Positions 1 to 14,069 of a stretch of 64,000 nt of DNA are shown in pieces. Source of the DNA: Phoronis australis (lineage: Eukaryota; Animalia; Phoronida); NCBI GenBank assembly GCA_002633005.1, contig NMRA01000137.1, positions 310,001 through 374,000 on the forward strand, read 5' to 3'. Positions within the stretch are counted from its first letter, which is position 1. Every line of letters starts with the position of its first letter. Under the pieces are notes generated by a model. It was given only the letters and a program-made list of their open reading frames with translations. It made no database searches and was not told the origin of the DNA. A program made the position numbers and the translations under genes.

Positions 1-531
1 GCGACATCTTTCTTTTCTGACGAGGTACTAGCATTACTGAACTCGACCCAGTCCTCGTCCACAGTTTCGATCTGAGCATGCGTAGCGCTTGCATACTGCT
101 GTGGTAGAGCACTAAGTGGAGTAAACAAACCAAATTTTACATTGCGGACTACGAAAACAAAGCGGTAAATACAAATTTCTCATAATAGCAGCGACGGAAA
201 TATCGCTCGATAACACATTTATGCCACCAGTACCTGAATGATGCGGGGTTGTTTGGACAGGGAAAGTTTGGTTAAAATTATTTTTGAAATTGGCTTTTAT
301 ATCTCAAGGCTCAGCTTCGTCGTTCGGCCGATGCCAGAGTGTGATTGTAACGATATTAAAGGAGAATGCCACCCGATTTAATTAGTCTTTTTGCCATCTT
401 GATCGGTCTATATCCACATCGCCTCGCATACGGTCGACTTCACCTTGCAAAGAGGTGTCGCGTTAACCTGTGAGGAAGGTGAGAAACGACGCTAGCGACG
501 TCAGTGGTTCATCTGTAGAGTGAATACCGCT

Positions 532-728
532 ATGTTGCGGTGCATCGTGCCGGCTTGTCCGAACTATGCAGCTGCGAGAAAAGCGGGTATATTGTTTTTT
601 TTTCGACTTCCGAAATGCTTAGGAAGTGGCTCTTGGTAGTGAAGAATGAAAAGTACGCTGTAAATAGCAAGTATGAGGCCGTGAAACATCTCCGTGTCTG
701 TGGCCTGCAGTCGTCGACAGACGAGTGA
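532..728 (+). pseudogene. THAP zinc-finger remnant (Kolobok transposase N-terminus)
   Basis: Frameshifted MLRCIVPACPNY...LRKWLLVVKNE...HLRVCGL fits the THAP C-x4-C..W..VC pattern. Confidence 0.7.
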
Positions 729-759
729 GTGTCTGACGAATACCGGCTTACTAAATAAT

Positions 760-933
760 TATCCAATCCATACGTTCCGTTGTCTGATCTTGTTCACGGC
801 GCCTCTCTAGTATTTCTTCATCACTCTATTCCTGTTCGAATTGATAGCCTGTGAAATTTAAAGATCCACCTGCGAAGTCTTCGTAGGGATCGACTGATGA
901 GCTCTCGTCTAAGTCGGGATTGCGAGTTGCCAT
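760..933 (-). pseudogene. KolX-like accessory protein, N-terminal remnant
   Basis: MATRNPD...GYQFEQE*SDEEILERRRE resembles the YxFEPxYSDEE motif. Homologous to 18660-18720, which continues into the Cys cluster. Confidence 0.6.
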
Positions 934-3900
934 GTTGATGTTTATTACTGAGCGTTCTCTTTCAAAATGAATTATTCTCACCCTAACCAATACTTATATA
1001 AAACTGAAAAAGTCTGCCTCATAAGATGCAATTTGTAATGACTTTGAAGTGTTCGTGAGCGCAAATGACTTGAGAAGCCAGCAACGAATTAAATAACAGC
1101 GTTACCGGCTTTACGTGCAATTTTAAACTAATTGACGGGACACCGGAGGCCGTGTGAGCTCATGCTAATTTAGTGTTTGCTGGCAGAAACTGTTACGAAA
1201 CAACTCAGTCGATTTCCACCCCACGGCCTGGTGTTAGGGGAGTCTTTATTTACATTTACATTATTAAAATAATGATTGCCAAGTTACAACTTCTGCCCTG
1301 ACGGTGCTGTGGCCAAAGCGGAACCTAAATTCGCGGCCCCCGACGAGTAAGTAGATTTGCAGTTTCGTGGGTAATTCACCAACATAATCACGTGCGCATT
1401 ACTTTGGCTCACTTGTATAGTATTTTCTTGACTGGAAGTTTAGTTTCCAACTTTGGCTGATTTATTTTCGTGATGTCTGATCAGTTTCCGAGCCACTGGA
1501 CGGCGATAAAGAGTCAATCCGGCCGGCCGCGACGGGCCTGATCGGGCTCGGAGCCATTGGTCAGGATAACAAGCGTTTTGTGTGTTTAGAACTCAAAAAA
1601 TCACAAGTCTAAACAACATAGATCTGGGTTATTCTGTCTGTATCTCTGGGAAAATTATTTCGAATTTGTCTCCGATCAGACCCCAAACTCCTGCTACGGA
1701 CCTTATTGTCCTGCCGAACTTTGGAGGCTACGGTGTGTCCAAATACCAATAAATTCGTAACAGCGAAATAAAACAACACGTTTTATAAGAACTCGGTGTA
1801 TTTTTAAGGATTTTACATCGAAGTTTTGTGACTTATTGGTGTTAAACGATGAATTCAAGCGATAAGCTGACACCAGTTACCCGTGTTTTGAACTGCTGAA
1901 CAGATTGCGTGCGAAACCAGTTACGTCATTGGATAATTTCAACACCTCCGTCTGCCGTCAGGTGTCAGGTAACGCAACCGTACGTGCCGTTATGGAGTAG
2001 AACTACTCGATCTAAACTGATACAAATTAGGTTATTTTTTGGGTGGCATGCTCATTTAAGGCTTTAGCATTGAGATTGTTTACACCTCGTAATTTCTTTT
2101 ACACCGACGCCCAACTAATGGTACAAATACGGATCCTGGAGTGACCGACCTTGCAAAGTACAAAGGATTTTTACCGATATGAATATCTTGATTTTACAAT
2201 GCGCTCCAAAATTGAGCATAATTGGATCTCAGGAAGAAAACTGAACCTGTGAGAATCCATATGCTGGGAATGGCGTAAATGTTACGTTTTGATAATAAAG
2301 TCGCTGTTAAAAAAATATTGGCTTTAACAGGCCTTACTCTCCCGTCCTCTTGCATGGAGAAAGTAAGTGAATTGATATAGTTACTTCACTAAATTTAAAT
2401 TTATATAAGACGGTGGACAAAACCGTTGAATCTTGTATTTCGTGGTGATATGACAGGTTGATACGAAACAGGGTTTGCTGATACCTGTGATTACTGTATA
2501 ATAATGCTCATGATACGAATAACTATAATGGCTGTCATATTGACAGGCACTGCGAGAATACTTAATGGATTTCGATTTCCGTGTTTTAAAGTCATAAGCG
2601 GTCAAAAAGTCAGAATTAACAGATCTCACTGTTGCAAAAGCGACACACCTCAATCAGTTTTGGAATCATTCTATAACGGTTACCATCCCGCTTCTGTGAC
2701 TCGAAAAACAATACGTTATCACGCGACAGCAGACACTGATTTCACGATTGGTTAAACAGTAAAATCACTCTGTTCCGACTGGCGTAGCAATACCGGCAAC
2801 ATAAAACCGCGCGCACGAAATATGGCGCTACATGCGATGCTTAATTACTTTTTAGAATCTGCACTGCGCGCGTTCTGTATCATCACCAGTGCCGGATCAA
2901 ATCTTGTCGGCCCCTAAGTTACCAGAAGTCCTGGGGCCTATCGACTTATTTGTGCATTAAACGTGATATAGGAGTTAAAATTTTCCTCGTGAATTTTTAA
3001 GGTCCATTTTCTTGATTTTACGAAACCCCTTTAATTATTTTTGTCATCCGTCGTTAGGCTGTGTCCTACTTTGTTTCGCTGTAGCGTTATCATTTACATC
3101 AGGCAATTTAAATTTAGCTCCTCTTCAAACGCATCAAAACAGTTTTGAATATTTCTAACAAATTGAAAAAGTTATGCACAAAATTCTGCTCACGTTTTTA
3201 TGGCAACCCGTGGCATCTTGCTGGTATTTCGCCTTCTGGTTCTGTGGGAAACACTCAGCCGGCGATTCCAAAACTCTAGCATGAATACAAAGTTATTTAA
3301 CGCTTTGCTTATATCGTATCATTGGACTGACAAAACTAACCTTAATTGAAAATCTGGCATAGTTTACGCGAATGTTTCTTGAAATAAAAGCATCAAGGTT
3401 ACAAACGTACATGTACACTACGTAGATTTCCCGGGTACATGTACGAATCAAGCTCCTTATCTCCTATAAAACAGGCTATGCCTTTTAGATTATTCACTGC
3501 CAATGGGACTTGTTAAAAGGTTCTGACTTTTGTGTATCACTTGTGACATTCATTCAGTAATGTTTTCGTCCATCAGTAGAGAGTTGAAAACTGTTTCCTC
3601 GCGTTGTTACCCAACTGTTGTGCTAATTTCTGTCACACGACAAACCATCATTAAGATTGAACTTTACAAGACTTGCGTAAGATAGAAGTCCGCGCATGCG
3701 CAGATAATTTTCAGCTCCGAAGAGGAAGTTTAAGGCTACGAAAATAGCCGAGGTATTTCGAATACCACCAAGGCTACGGAATTACACCTACCATTGATTC
3801 GTTTGTATATCTCGATGGGCTCACAGGATATTGTATTCACGTCCAGGGTACAACTTTATCACTCGTACCTCCGGACCCCTCATATTTCTGATCTATATCA

Positions 3901-5924
3901 ACGATACTCTGTTAAGAGCAAATTGCTTTGCAAGCTACTGAATCGCCTTATTGACGACAAAACTTGGAAGTCAAAGTTTGGCTTTTCAACATGGTGATAA
4001 GAAAAAAAATGTATTCTCTTTGGCTTTAAACACAAACCTACGAAAATGTCATCTAAAATTGACACACACTATCAGTAAACTCTACAAGTCGAAGACTGTA
4101 TATTGGTGTCAAGTTATGAAAGCTCACAATTTCTTACTAAATTGAAGAATTCACGTACTAGTTAAAACTGATTCAAACAGTCAATGGAATGAACAGTGAT
4201 CTATTTAATTCCCCATGCTTCATTTACCAGTGTTGGCTTTGCAAATTATTTGCTTCTAAGCAGTAGGTTAGATGACGTTAGTCCAACAGTCCTCAGGGAG
4301 ACGTATGCTTGACCAGCATCTTAGTAAAGGGACGCAATCAATTTTACAACTGAGAAACACATTTCGGGGATTAATGTTAAATAGAACAAACTCCCTGCAG
4401 TCATTAGCTTAGACCAGAGTTATAAAACAACACAATTGGTTGTTTTTGGTATTCTGTTACAAATCTCCAATTCGCGCCGTTGCGTGTCGGCCATTTACGG
4501 GTAGGTCTAAGCAAACCACTGATAATGTGATTTTAAGTCTGTTTACTATCTAACCCGACACAGCGGCTTTATTACAATTCCTCTATGATATCATAGGAGC
4601 ACTAACACGGTACACGACCTCTCGGCACAGCTTTTGGTTTAGCGAGAAAAGTCTTTAGGCGCGGGTAATCGCAGAAAGGTAAAGTCAATATAATTTGTTT
4701 TGTAAACTTGCTTCAGGAATTTGAAATTGGTCTGTCGCGTGCCAGTTGTAGACCGCAATGTGTATGGGTGATACGTTTGTCGGATTTTTTAAAAAATTAA
4801 ATGCGCAAATAAATCGCGTTTAAAATTTCAAGGTTTTCATTACATTATGCTTGAAAGTGAAAAATCAATTTGCTTTTCAGAGTTCATTTAGGAATGTTGT
4901 TTACTATATCGGAAAACGATTCATTGGCTTTGCTTTGTTTGAAAAAAACAATTTCACGCATTTTTGAATATCATCCCGACTTTCAATTTCCAAGCAAAAA
5001 TTACGTTTTTCACCACTCTTACACTATTTTGTCTTCTCTTTGACTTTTCTGTTCACTATTTCATCTGCATCGTGTTACAAATAGCATCAGTGATCGACAT
5101 CTTCACAATATTTAACCGTCATACCCGTTACATTTAATCGTGCGTGGGCAAAAGCTTAATATTAGAACGCGCGGGTAAAAACAAGTTAAGCAGAAGAGGG
5201 CAACTTTCCATTTTTGAAAAAAAACTATATAAATTTGAAGCAGTGAGTAGTTCTGAAAATTCCTAAATTTAATTTGATTGAATTACTACTCGTCACAAAA
5301 TCATCACAGCTGGTAGAGACGTGCTTTCGGAAACGTTGAGTTAAGGGGTGTCGATTGTGGTAGCACACTTTTGTGAGTCAAGTAGCTTGTCTTTTATGGA
5401 TACATGTATATGATTTCCAAGTTTGTTTATGTGTTTATCGCAATATGTTCATGTATGCATGGTACTGAAGGAAATGTCAATTACAAATGTTGTACAAGCA
5501 GAATATCACCTCCTAATGAACGGAAGTATTAATTCGGTGAGCGTTCTTATATAACTTTTCTACTCTAATTTTTACTGACAGCGAAAAATGATGCATGTGA
5601 GTCTTGGAGAAAAGCTGGCAGCTAATATTGGATAGTATCTCATAGTATGATAAAATTAAATTGTGTTTGATAATGCTATTAAAATTGAGCGATATCTACA
5701 CATCCTGGGTCTCTTTTAGCAAAGGTCGTAAGTTCGGTATTAACTACATGTAATACGATCCTAATTTCGAGTTTAATTTACACACAGTTCATTAACGAGA
5801 GTCGTTAAGGCGACCGCTAATTGTGAATATGTAAGCGTATCAACTTAACGTCAACTAGATTGTTTCGCGCTGATAGCAAAGAAAAAACGCATTTACAACA
5901 ATATGCCTGCTTCAAATGTGCAAT

Positions 5925-6100
5925 CAAAATCCAAAAAATCTTTGCGTCGATGTGCCACACTCTATCCGTGGAAAGGTCAATGCATTGATTTTTATGGCAC
6001 GAGATAGAAATCTATTGACTGGATAAGAGCGTTTTTGTGAAGCGACTTTTATACATGGACCAATGACTTGTAGAAAATAGCCTATTTTCCAAGGGGCATG
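5925..6100 (+). pseudogene. Short degenerate CR1-type reverse transcriptase fragment
   Basis: YGTR*KSIDWIRAFL, preceded by a decayed KAFDxVPH-like segment. Confidence 0.4.
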
Positions 6101-7807
6101 ATAAACCTGTTTAAAGTGGGCGTTCAAAAAATCAAACGAAGGCTCATGGCAGTAATAATCCTAAAATATTGGTGACATACATGAACCATTTTCATCCTAT
6201 ACTCCATCTTTATTGCTAATGTCCATTTTTATATGCGTTTTTACACTGTAGGTCTATGTGACTTAAATGTCTTTGGGTCGACGTGACCCCGGACAACACT
6301 GCAGGTTCCGTCAACATCGTCATTCTGGCAACCTTGACCCTCCCATGTAGTCAATCATTTTCGTGGGAGAGGTTGAGCAGAACCACTCATCCCCAAGACC
6401 TGGAACACATGTACGAGCTACCACGTCCCTTAATTATGTTTTGCGGCAACTTTTGACTTGCTTTGAGATTTGCAACGCTTTGTGCACTCCGACACAAACT
6501 GGAACTTGTCTTAACTAACAAATACGACTGTTTGTGTCCCAGTGGTCTGCAATTTGAGGATTCCGATAGTTTGTTTAGCAGCGACAGTTTGTGGCCTAAT
6601 AGTGCTTCCACGCCTGTGATAAAATGCAACGGTCCAAAATCATGCTTTATGTACGCTGCATAACAGAAGTGGTCTGAATTCTCTGTGGGACAGGTAGGTG
6701 GGACAGGTAGGTTATCATCAGCCCGGGGGCGGGGGCGGTTCATCCGTAGACGGGGATACATCTGTTTATAGAATGAAATCAACTTAAGAGACCCATTTCA
6801 AGAACCTTCCACGAAACTCACCCTTTCGCAGGATTTTCAAACGCCACCCTTCTGTAAGGATTAGTTCCATATACCACGTACCAAACTCGACTTCCTTAGA
6901 CAACTACTTCTTTAACACATTAAGCTTGAAACAAAGGTACAAGGACATGCCATGTTCTATTTCTATCCGTGAAATTAGAAAAAAAATCCTTTAGTAGAGA
7001 TTCGAACTTCTAGAGTGAAGTTTTATGTAAGGAATTTTGAGGGAAAATGAAACCCTTCGTAGGGACACTAGTGACAAGGAAGTCTTCGCTCCCAGCGACA
7101 AGTTCTTTACGTATATAACGTGTAGGGGTACCCCTGTTCTCACCAATCCCATTTTTGGCCAGGTGTGACTGTAGGGTGCAGTTTATTCAATATATATTGT
7201 CCCTTGAGATACTTTATTGATCTCACAAATTCAGTTTTTCACTAGCAATGTCAGGTTTTTATCCCGGCTTTTGATACCTAGAAAAGAGTTTTGCAGCCCC
7301 CCCCCCGGCGCGATCACGGATGCCTATATAATAATGTAATAATACCCGGCTATTAACAAAACAAGTCGTACACTCAATTTTGATCTCCATTAGAGTCTTC
7401 TTAAGTGTTTACTCTTTAAAATGAAGCGTGAGTCTTTAAAGACATGTTTTTGTCTTTGTTAGGAACACAGAGTCCTCGCAATGATTGCCAATTAATGGAA
7501 CTCTGAACGCAGAAATGACCAACAAAGTTAAATTCGGCACAAAGGGAACGATTTCTCGTCATAATATAAAAAAATAATTGCAGGTCTGGTACACGTTGTA
7601 CCAGACGTGAGCAGGCCGCGCTTGTGCTCTCATTGCACTGATCACCTGGAAATATTTTTGTGCTTTATTAATATATAGTTAAAGCCGAGCTAAGGAGCTA
7701 GAAACCCGACTCAAGGGTCTAGCAGTGTGTCCCATTGGGACTCGAACCCACGATTTCTCGTTACTTCTAGCCATGTTGTGTACATTAGAGTTAAAACCCT
7801 GGGACGT

Positions 7808-7966
7808 ACCAGGCGTGCGTACAGTAGCGTTAGGACGTACACTAGGACCTAGCTAAAATCTAGCCAAACTCACGTGTTCTCGTTTAAAATACCCGACAAT
7901 ATCTCCTGTAATCTCGCGAATTCTTGCTTTCAGCGAGGTACTAGCGTTACTGAACGGGAGGCAGGT
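7808..7966. mobile_element. ~160-bp MITE family A copy
   Basis: Imperfect inverted ends (consensus CGTTCAGTAGCGCTAGGACCT / AGGTCCTAGCGTTACTGAACG). Other copies at 10367-10526, 23331-23489, 59508-61675 (split) and a partial copy at 1-50. Confidence 0.8.
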
Positions 7967-10366
7967 TTTACGAAAACAATGATTCCTGCATCAATTTTTC
8001 ATCAAAGCAGTCGGACACACCGGTAAGTATGTTGCGTCGTCCCGGAGCAATAAGTATTACCATACTGATGGTCTAATTAACTAGATAGTTAGTGGTCAAT
8101 GCAAAAAGTGTTCGTTTGTTGGCAAGTTCAGAATTGCAATGGGTGTCTTTACACAAAATATAAGTATCTCCAGGAAGAGATTTCTGCTATCGCTTATAAA
8201 ACCATTTGAATTTTAAGTATCAACCTAGCGACTGATCTCTCGAAATCGAACACAAGTGACTTCTAGAGAACAAGGAGGCAATTTACCTTAAGTTTAAAAG
8301 CATCACGTTTATTAACAGCGTAAATGTAGTACAAAGGATTTCAACGAATCAGCGAGAGATCTTTAGTTGCCAGGCGATGCAATAATAAGTTTTCACTCGT
8401 TGCCGATGGAAATGGGCTAAGCACTTAGCTAACCTCACTTGCATGCTGTGAGTATTTGCGCACGCCAGCTTCAAGAAAGCCACCCGGAGAGGCATTTATT
8501 TCCTCACGTTTAATTTTCCTCTGACGTAAGATATGTGATGAGCTAATTTTCATTCGGGTGTTTTGGAAGTCGAGATGTTCCCTATACCACCTACAGCGAA
8601 AAAAGTACCTATCAGTACTGTCAGGTGGCGATTAAAGTCACTGGTTCCAACAGATCAACTTTCATTTGTTTTTGAAACTTTCTCATTTTCCTGACAGGCC
8701 CGTAGGAATATAAAAATTATTGGGGGCACCGACCCTGGACGACACGTAACTCCTAATTTCGAAACCACTTCGTCGCACTGGGTTGTATATGTCAAAGTTG
8801 TAAAATAAACTACTTCATCCACTAGGTATGTTTTGTTTTATATGGAGAATATAAGTCTACTAATAATGAGGTGTAACAGATACTGTACATTGACAGGTAA
8901 TTTTATGTTAAGATTGACTGGAAAACATACATGGCGCTCATGCGATTACTCTTGCTGAACAGTAAGAACGAAGACTTGAAATAATTACAGGTGTTTTTAT
9001 TTACATTTCAACATAAATCAGTCGACGTTGCTCTGTTACAAACAGGAACTCGTGCGACTAAGTCTAACGTGGTAAAAACCCCGACTTGGGCCTTTCGTAG
9101 TTCACTTCCTTGTACAAAATCGTTTGCAACATCCGCCAAAATTAACTTAACACACATGTCTTTGTGAACATGGAGCAACATTAAATGGTTCAACCTTCCC
9201 TGTCCTATTGTGGAACGTAAATATGTCTTTACACGCCTAAGAGCACTAAACGCTCGTAAACTTGCACTCAGACTGACAGCATGCACCAACAGGCGATAAA
9301 AGAAACTAAACTGTCATGCGGTACTGAATTCCACGTATCCGTGTTTTCATTTCGGAATCATTGCAATGTTGGACTCTCCAGGACCAGAGTTCCTGTAAAC
9401 AATCACAGTTACCTATCACACGATTCAGAGCTTCAGCCTTCACAATCCATCTTTTTGGACACAGTTGCCGAATGTTACCCATTTCTCTGTCGTCAAGCAA
9501 CGCATCTCGTATTTGATTCAACTGCGCGTCACGTTTGTGAGGTTAATTATCAGTTTGGTAATTTCGTAGGTGGTGTCTAATGCATCTGCCATCAACTTGC
9601 ATCGTTTAATACTATCTGAGCAGGCAAGATTCAACGCGTGGCCATAACAATGTATGTACAGGGCGCGATGTTCTTCCAGTTTAAGGTTGACACAACTCCA
9701 TTTAGGACTCACTACTCATTGCGCTGCAACCATCATAGCATTGACCACGACATCTGCTCAAAGACAAGTTCATTCGCAACAGTGTGTCTTTTAGAAATGA
9801 TGTGATTGTTTGGGCATCCATCATTTCCTAGCGAAAAACCCCATGAAAATCGTCATGAAGTTGCAGTAATTCGTCTACCCATCAATTCACTATTAGAAAC
9901 GTCAGTAGTTTTGTCTGTCAGTATACTGAAATTGGGACTGCCGCGAATACACGACGTTATTTCTCGGAGAACTTTTAAAGCCACCAGTTTGATCGCTTCA
10001 TTTTGAATACATGTGCCCGGTTGCATGAAACAGTCCCCAATTAGGGACTTAACCAAGTTTCCAAACTACTTAGGGAAGTCCCTATAAGGATTTTGTTTAA
10101 GGACTGTTGCATGAAGTGGTCCTACACTCGTCCTGATTAGGAGCGACCTAAATCCGTGGATAAAGTCGCTTAATATGGCGAACATTATTATCAACGAGAG
10201 GATATCTGTCGCATTTACGTCCTCTGTTCCACCTTTTGAATCATTGTTCGAGCAGAGTGCGTAGTCAGTGTGCATTATATGAGAATTCGAGTTTTTCTAC
10301 TACTGTTGAGAGAGCAGACGATCGACTGTGGTCGCCCACGTTAACTAGTGTAAATTAAAAACATCG

Positions 10367-10526
10367 AACTGGCGTGCTCTCATTAACGCTAGGACCTACG
10401 CCAGGACCTAGCTAAAATCTAGCTAAAGTCACGTGTTCTCACTTAAAATACACGGCAATATCTCACGTAATCTCGCGAAATCTTGCTTTTTAGCGAGGTC
10501 CTAGCGTTACTGAACGGGAGGCTGTT
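10367..10526. mobile_element. MITE family A copy
   Basis: Aligns end to end with 7808-7966. Confidence 0.8.
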
Positions 10527-10689
10527 GAGAATACCATAATCATGCTCTGGTAGGAGTCGCCGCACTTCCCAACGCGCTGTTAAAGTCGTCTGCCCCCCTT
10601 ATTAAGTGAGACGTGGGGAACTCGTGGCACTATGGTAATCGATAAATTCAGTTTATGATGGAACTTTTACTTCAGTGTGTGAGATCACG

Positions 10690-12100
10690 CCTTTCCTGTT
10701 CGACAACCTAAAAACAACTGTGGCAAAAGAACTTTTGCCTACAGAGGTGCTGTCGCCTACAACGGGCTGGGTATTGCCGTCGCTAACGTGCCCAATGTCT
10801 ACGACTTCAAACAGAAGTACTGGGACTTTGTGCGTGATTCGTTACTGTAGGCCTCAGCTTATCACTATTTTACTCTATTTTATGTTATTTATTCATCAAA
10901 TTGTACACATTAACTAATTTTTTACTAATTTATTTTATTTATTATCTTTTCGATCGAATTGTGTATAGCTGTCTGTATTTTACTTCATGTAATTAATTAC
11001 GACTGGGCCCAACTTGAAAATCAGTGTATTCACTGAAGTGGTCACAGTGGCGGATCTAGGATATCACAAGGGAGGGCCCAACATTTTGTCTGTAAGAATT
11101 TGCGCAAAGCACGATTGTAGATGCGAATGGGGGGAGGTCAGGAGGAGGGGGTTTGCCACCCTCCCTTCCAGGAAAATTTTGTGTTTTTTCCTCTAAAAAA
11201 CAAGCATTTTCCTTGATTCCTGAAGTAGTATCCAAGAAAAAAAGGCAAAAAAAAAAAAAAAAAAAANAAAAAAAAACACGAAGAACGTGTCAAACAGGAA
11301 AAACTGCAATTAAAACAGACTCGAACCCACGACCTAGAAGAGTAAGCGTGCTGCACAACTACACCACCACGATTTCACTCCTGTTACGGTTCAAAGAGAC
11401 CTAATTGTTTATGGTTCACAGCGTTTGCGCGCGAAACCTACTTCTTTATGTATTGCTTATTACACGTTTTATATTTTGTGCAATCGGTTCGTAACAATTT
11501 TTTTCTATTTAAAATAGTCTTCAATTGTCCAAAAGACCAAATCCGTTTTTCGTGTTGGCAATAATGACGCGATTGCTTTGGAAATCGTCCTAAGTTAAGG
11601 TTTGACAAAGAGAGAATTATGAGTTTCTGAGTGATTCACTAAGGCTTCGATTAAAATTCACATCTTACCAGCAGCTTCTTTTTTTTCATCGTCACTCAGC
11701 TTCCATTTTCTTTAAAAAATGAAGTAAGTTTCTTCATTGGACAGTGGAGCAGACGACGGAAACGAGTCGTAGTGCGCAGCGCTACTGCCGGTCGCCTGGG
11801 ATATCGCGGGAGAGCCTATACTTAGCCATAGCTCTGTTACGATTGCGCCGTGTTTCGAATTTGACGCTTGAAATTGGATCTGAGCCCTGTACACTAAAAC
11901 TGCACACATTTAAATCTTGTTTCATCCCTGTAATTTTAATTACCGGGGTTAATTAATAAACTCAACATTTCCCTACGCTCTTGCTGTTTTGTATTTTTGC
12001 TGCAGCCAAGGGGGGTGGGCGGGGCCCCTGTCCCCCCTCAATCCGCCTATGGGTCACCCAGTCTTTTAAAGAAGTATAAATAAATAAATAAATAAATAAA
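10690..12100 (+). mobile_element. 3' fragment of an L2/Crack-type LINE, interrupted by a hAT5-like element
   Basis: NNCGKRTFAYRGAVAYNGL C-terminal motif. 3' UTR GGGCCC..GAAAATCAGTG..CACTGAAGTGGTCACCC resembles the LINE 3' end at about 28840. (TAAA)n tail at 12076-12100. Confidence 0.7.
11045..12051 (+). mobile_element. ~1-kb non-autonomous hAT5-like element (family B)
   Basis: Termini CAGTGGCGGAT / ATCCGCCTATG and 5-bp TSD GGTCA. Inverted homologue at 45593-46624. Confidence 0.85.
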
Positions 12101-13329
12101 CAACTCCAGCTTCTCTCGAAGCTTTCTAACTATCATGATATCCCAACCCTTGAAAATCTAAATCTTGCCTTTTTAACTCACTGTCGCTAAACATCTCGAG
12201 CGGATTAGTTCTGTCACCGAAAATTCGTTTTTCAACAGCAATATGAGCTTGATCAGTCATTTTATTGCTAGGGATTCAACTTAAGGACTTACTTTCAGTA
12301 ACCCCAAAAGTTGAGTCCCTATTTAATGCCTATACTAACTGGGAACTTTCCATGCAACAGTCCCTAAAATTTAAGGACGTCCCTAAGACTTAAGGACATC
12401 CCTAACATTTAGGGACCGTTTCATGCAACCGGGCACTGGGGACTTATATTTATTTGTTTTCTGCGACGACTGTAATTTAGAAAGACCTGTTTCTGTTTCT
12501 TTTAGATGGAACAGTTGAATAAAATTGGAGTCTTGTTCATCTCCGTCACCCCTGAACGGTATTCCCTGTCTTGCCAAAAACGTATGTTTGCTAATAGTTT
12601 CCGGAACATTCTGCGGTTTTTCGCTTTTTGGTCTCCATGGGCTGTTGACAGTTGTTTACCAATATGCTTCGTTAAATCAGACGTCTTGTCAGTAGCCTTA
12701 TTTTAGTTGGTGTAACCGGTAACAACAACTGATAGCTCTTGCTTTGCGGAAGACAGCAGGCCCATGTGATAAGCTTTTGCACATACGTACACAACAGCTT
12801 GTCTCCCCACTCAATATAATGCAGTCACGGCCATGTGAGAAACCACAGTTTTTGAAATTGACGATTTTTCTTGCCAAAAGGTCGTTTTGGAAAGACGTGA
12901 TTTGGAGGTTGGCGTGGATGCTCGGGAATGTTTTGAAAACTTGTTGCGTGGTGTGAACCGACTGTGAAGAACTGTTTTGGTGAATTTGGGAGTTTTCACT
13001 TGGTGCTAACATTTAGTACAGTAAAGCCTATATCCTATTGTTAGTGTATTTTCTGGCTATAAAAGTAGGAATTCTATGTTTCATATTCTATTTCACGGAG
13101 ATCCTACTCGCGTTTCATAAGAGAGTGAAATACGTTTCTGATTTCAACATTAGAACGCGACAATATGGGACTTAGTATGGTGTCAATATACTACAGCCAT
13201 TGTTGAATACTTTCAGGAAATATGGTACACAAACAAAATTTGAGACCAAAATGTATTATCACCGTGACCAAATCGATAACTGCTTCCCGTACAAAATTTC
13301 AAATCTGCGGTCTTCCATCCTATATTTTT

Positions 13330-14069
13330 ACTGTCCTACCGTATAACAACTCAAAGGGTGAAAATCCTGTGCTTGATTGCGGGACTTACCGATAAGCAAA
13401 CAGGACAGCTGGCAGACAGCGGTCCCAGTCCTTCTATACACACTTTCTTCAGCATGGCTTTTAGTACACCGTTGATACTTTCACAATGCCCGTTACAGCG
13501 TGGATTGTAAGGGGTCGTATACAGCTGCTGTGCACTCACAAATCTGCTGATCTCGTTCCACGGTCACTCAGGATCTCTCGTGGGAAGCCTATTCTACTGA
13601 AGACCTCTAACAATGCTTCAACCACACGTTCTGTCTCAATCTTCGGTAGTGCCACTGCTCCCGGGAATCTGGTGGCGAAATCTACCACCGTGAGAATGTA
13701 TCTGTTTCCCTTGTCGCAGACTGTAGCTATAGGGCCAATCAGATCAATCGCGATCCTCTTGAAAGATTCCTCCACCAAAGGCATCTCTCCCAAGGGTACC
13801 TTGGTCACTCGATCTTTCGGAATTGTCTTCTGGCAGATGTCGCATGACCTGCAGAATCAGGTCATTTCTGATATCGCTCCTGGCCTATAGAAGTTGCTGG
13901 TGATACGGTCAGTTGTCATCCTAACACCGAAGTGTCCATCGAGTATGGACTCATGGGCGAACCTCATCATGGACTTCCGTAAACTGCTCGGCACGACAAC
14001 TTGTTTCACATCGTCACCGTCTTTATTCTTGAACAGCCGATAGAGTATTCCTCGCTGAACCTCCATCAC
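13330..14069 (-). pseudogene. Retroviral-type integrase (HHCC zinc finger and rve core)
   Basis: AHESILDGHFG; FKRIAIDLIGP..RYILTVVDFATRFP; EILSDRGT; TTPYNPRCNGHCE; GFSPFELLYGR. Frameshifted. Confidence 0.92.

Larger units (their letters stand above)
360..2055 (+). mobile_element. Kolobok-like non-autonomous DNA transposon, copy 1
   Basis: TTAA at 356-359 and 2056-2059. TIRs AGGAGAATGCCACCC / GGGTGGCATGCTCAT (2 mismatches). THAP remnant on + and KolX-like remnant on -. Homologous to the inverted copy at 17603-19545. Confidence 0.85.
10014..12435. mobile_element. PIF/Harbinger-like non-autonomous element inserted in the hAT ORF
   Basis: TIR TGCCCGGTTGCATGAAAC at both ends, with subterminal TAGGGAC/TAAGGAC repeats. 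3-bp flanks ATG/CTG. Removing it plus one flank restores in-frame KYKSPCIQNE. Confidence 0.75.
9008..13012 (-). pseudogene. hAT transposase pseudogene (TTF zinc finger, DUF4371, DDE core, C-terminal dimerization domain)
   Basis: Motifs in the expected order: FQKLWF..W; ARQGIPFRGD..DSNFIQL; KYKSP/CIQNE..FSILTDKTTDVSN; YIHCYGHALNL; LCPKRW; RAFSALRRVKTYLRSTIGQGRLNHLMLLHVH. Many frameshifts and stops. Possible exon 1 at 16680-16788 ending in GTAAGT. Confidence 0.92.

Noticed and set aside
6722-7308. EnSpm/CACTA-like element with CCCGGGGG..CCCCCCGG ends
   Set aside because: The ends are low-complexity, with no verifiable TSD, second copy or coding evidence.
7725-7765. tRNA gene
   Set aside because: Only a reverse B-box-like stretch (GGGACTCGAACCC) with no complete cloverleaf. 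At most a SINE remnant.
9008-13012. Host ZMYM1-like gene
   Set aside because: Multiple stops, frameshifts and insertions, and it is enclosed by TIRs and a TSD.
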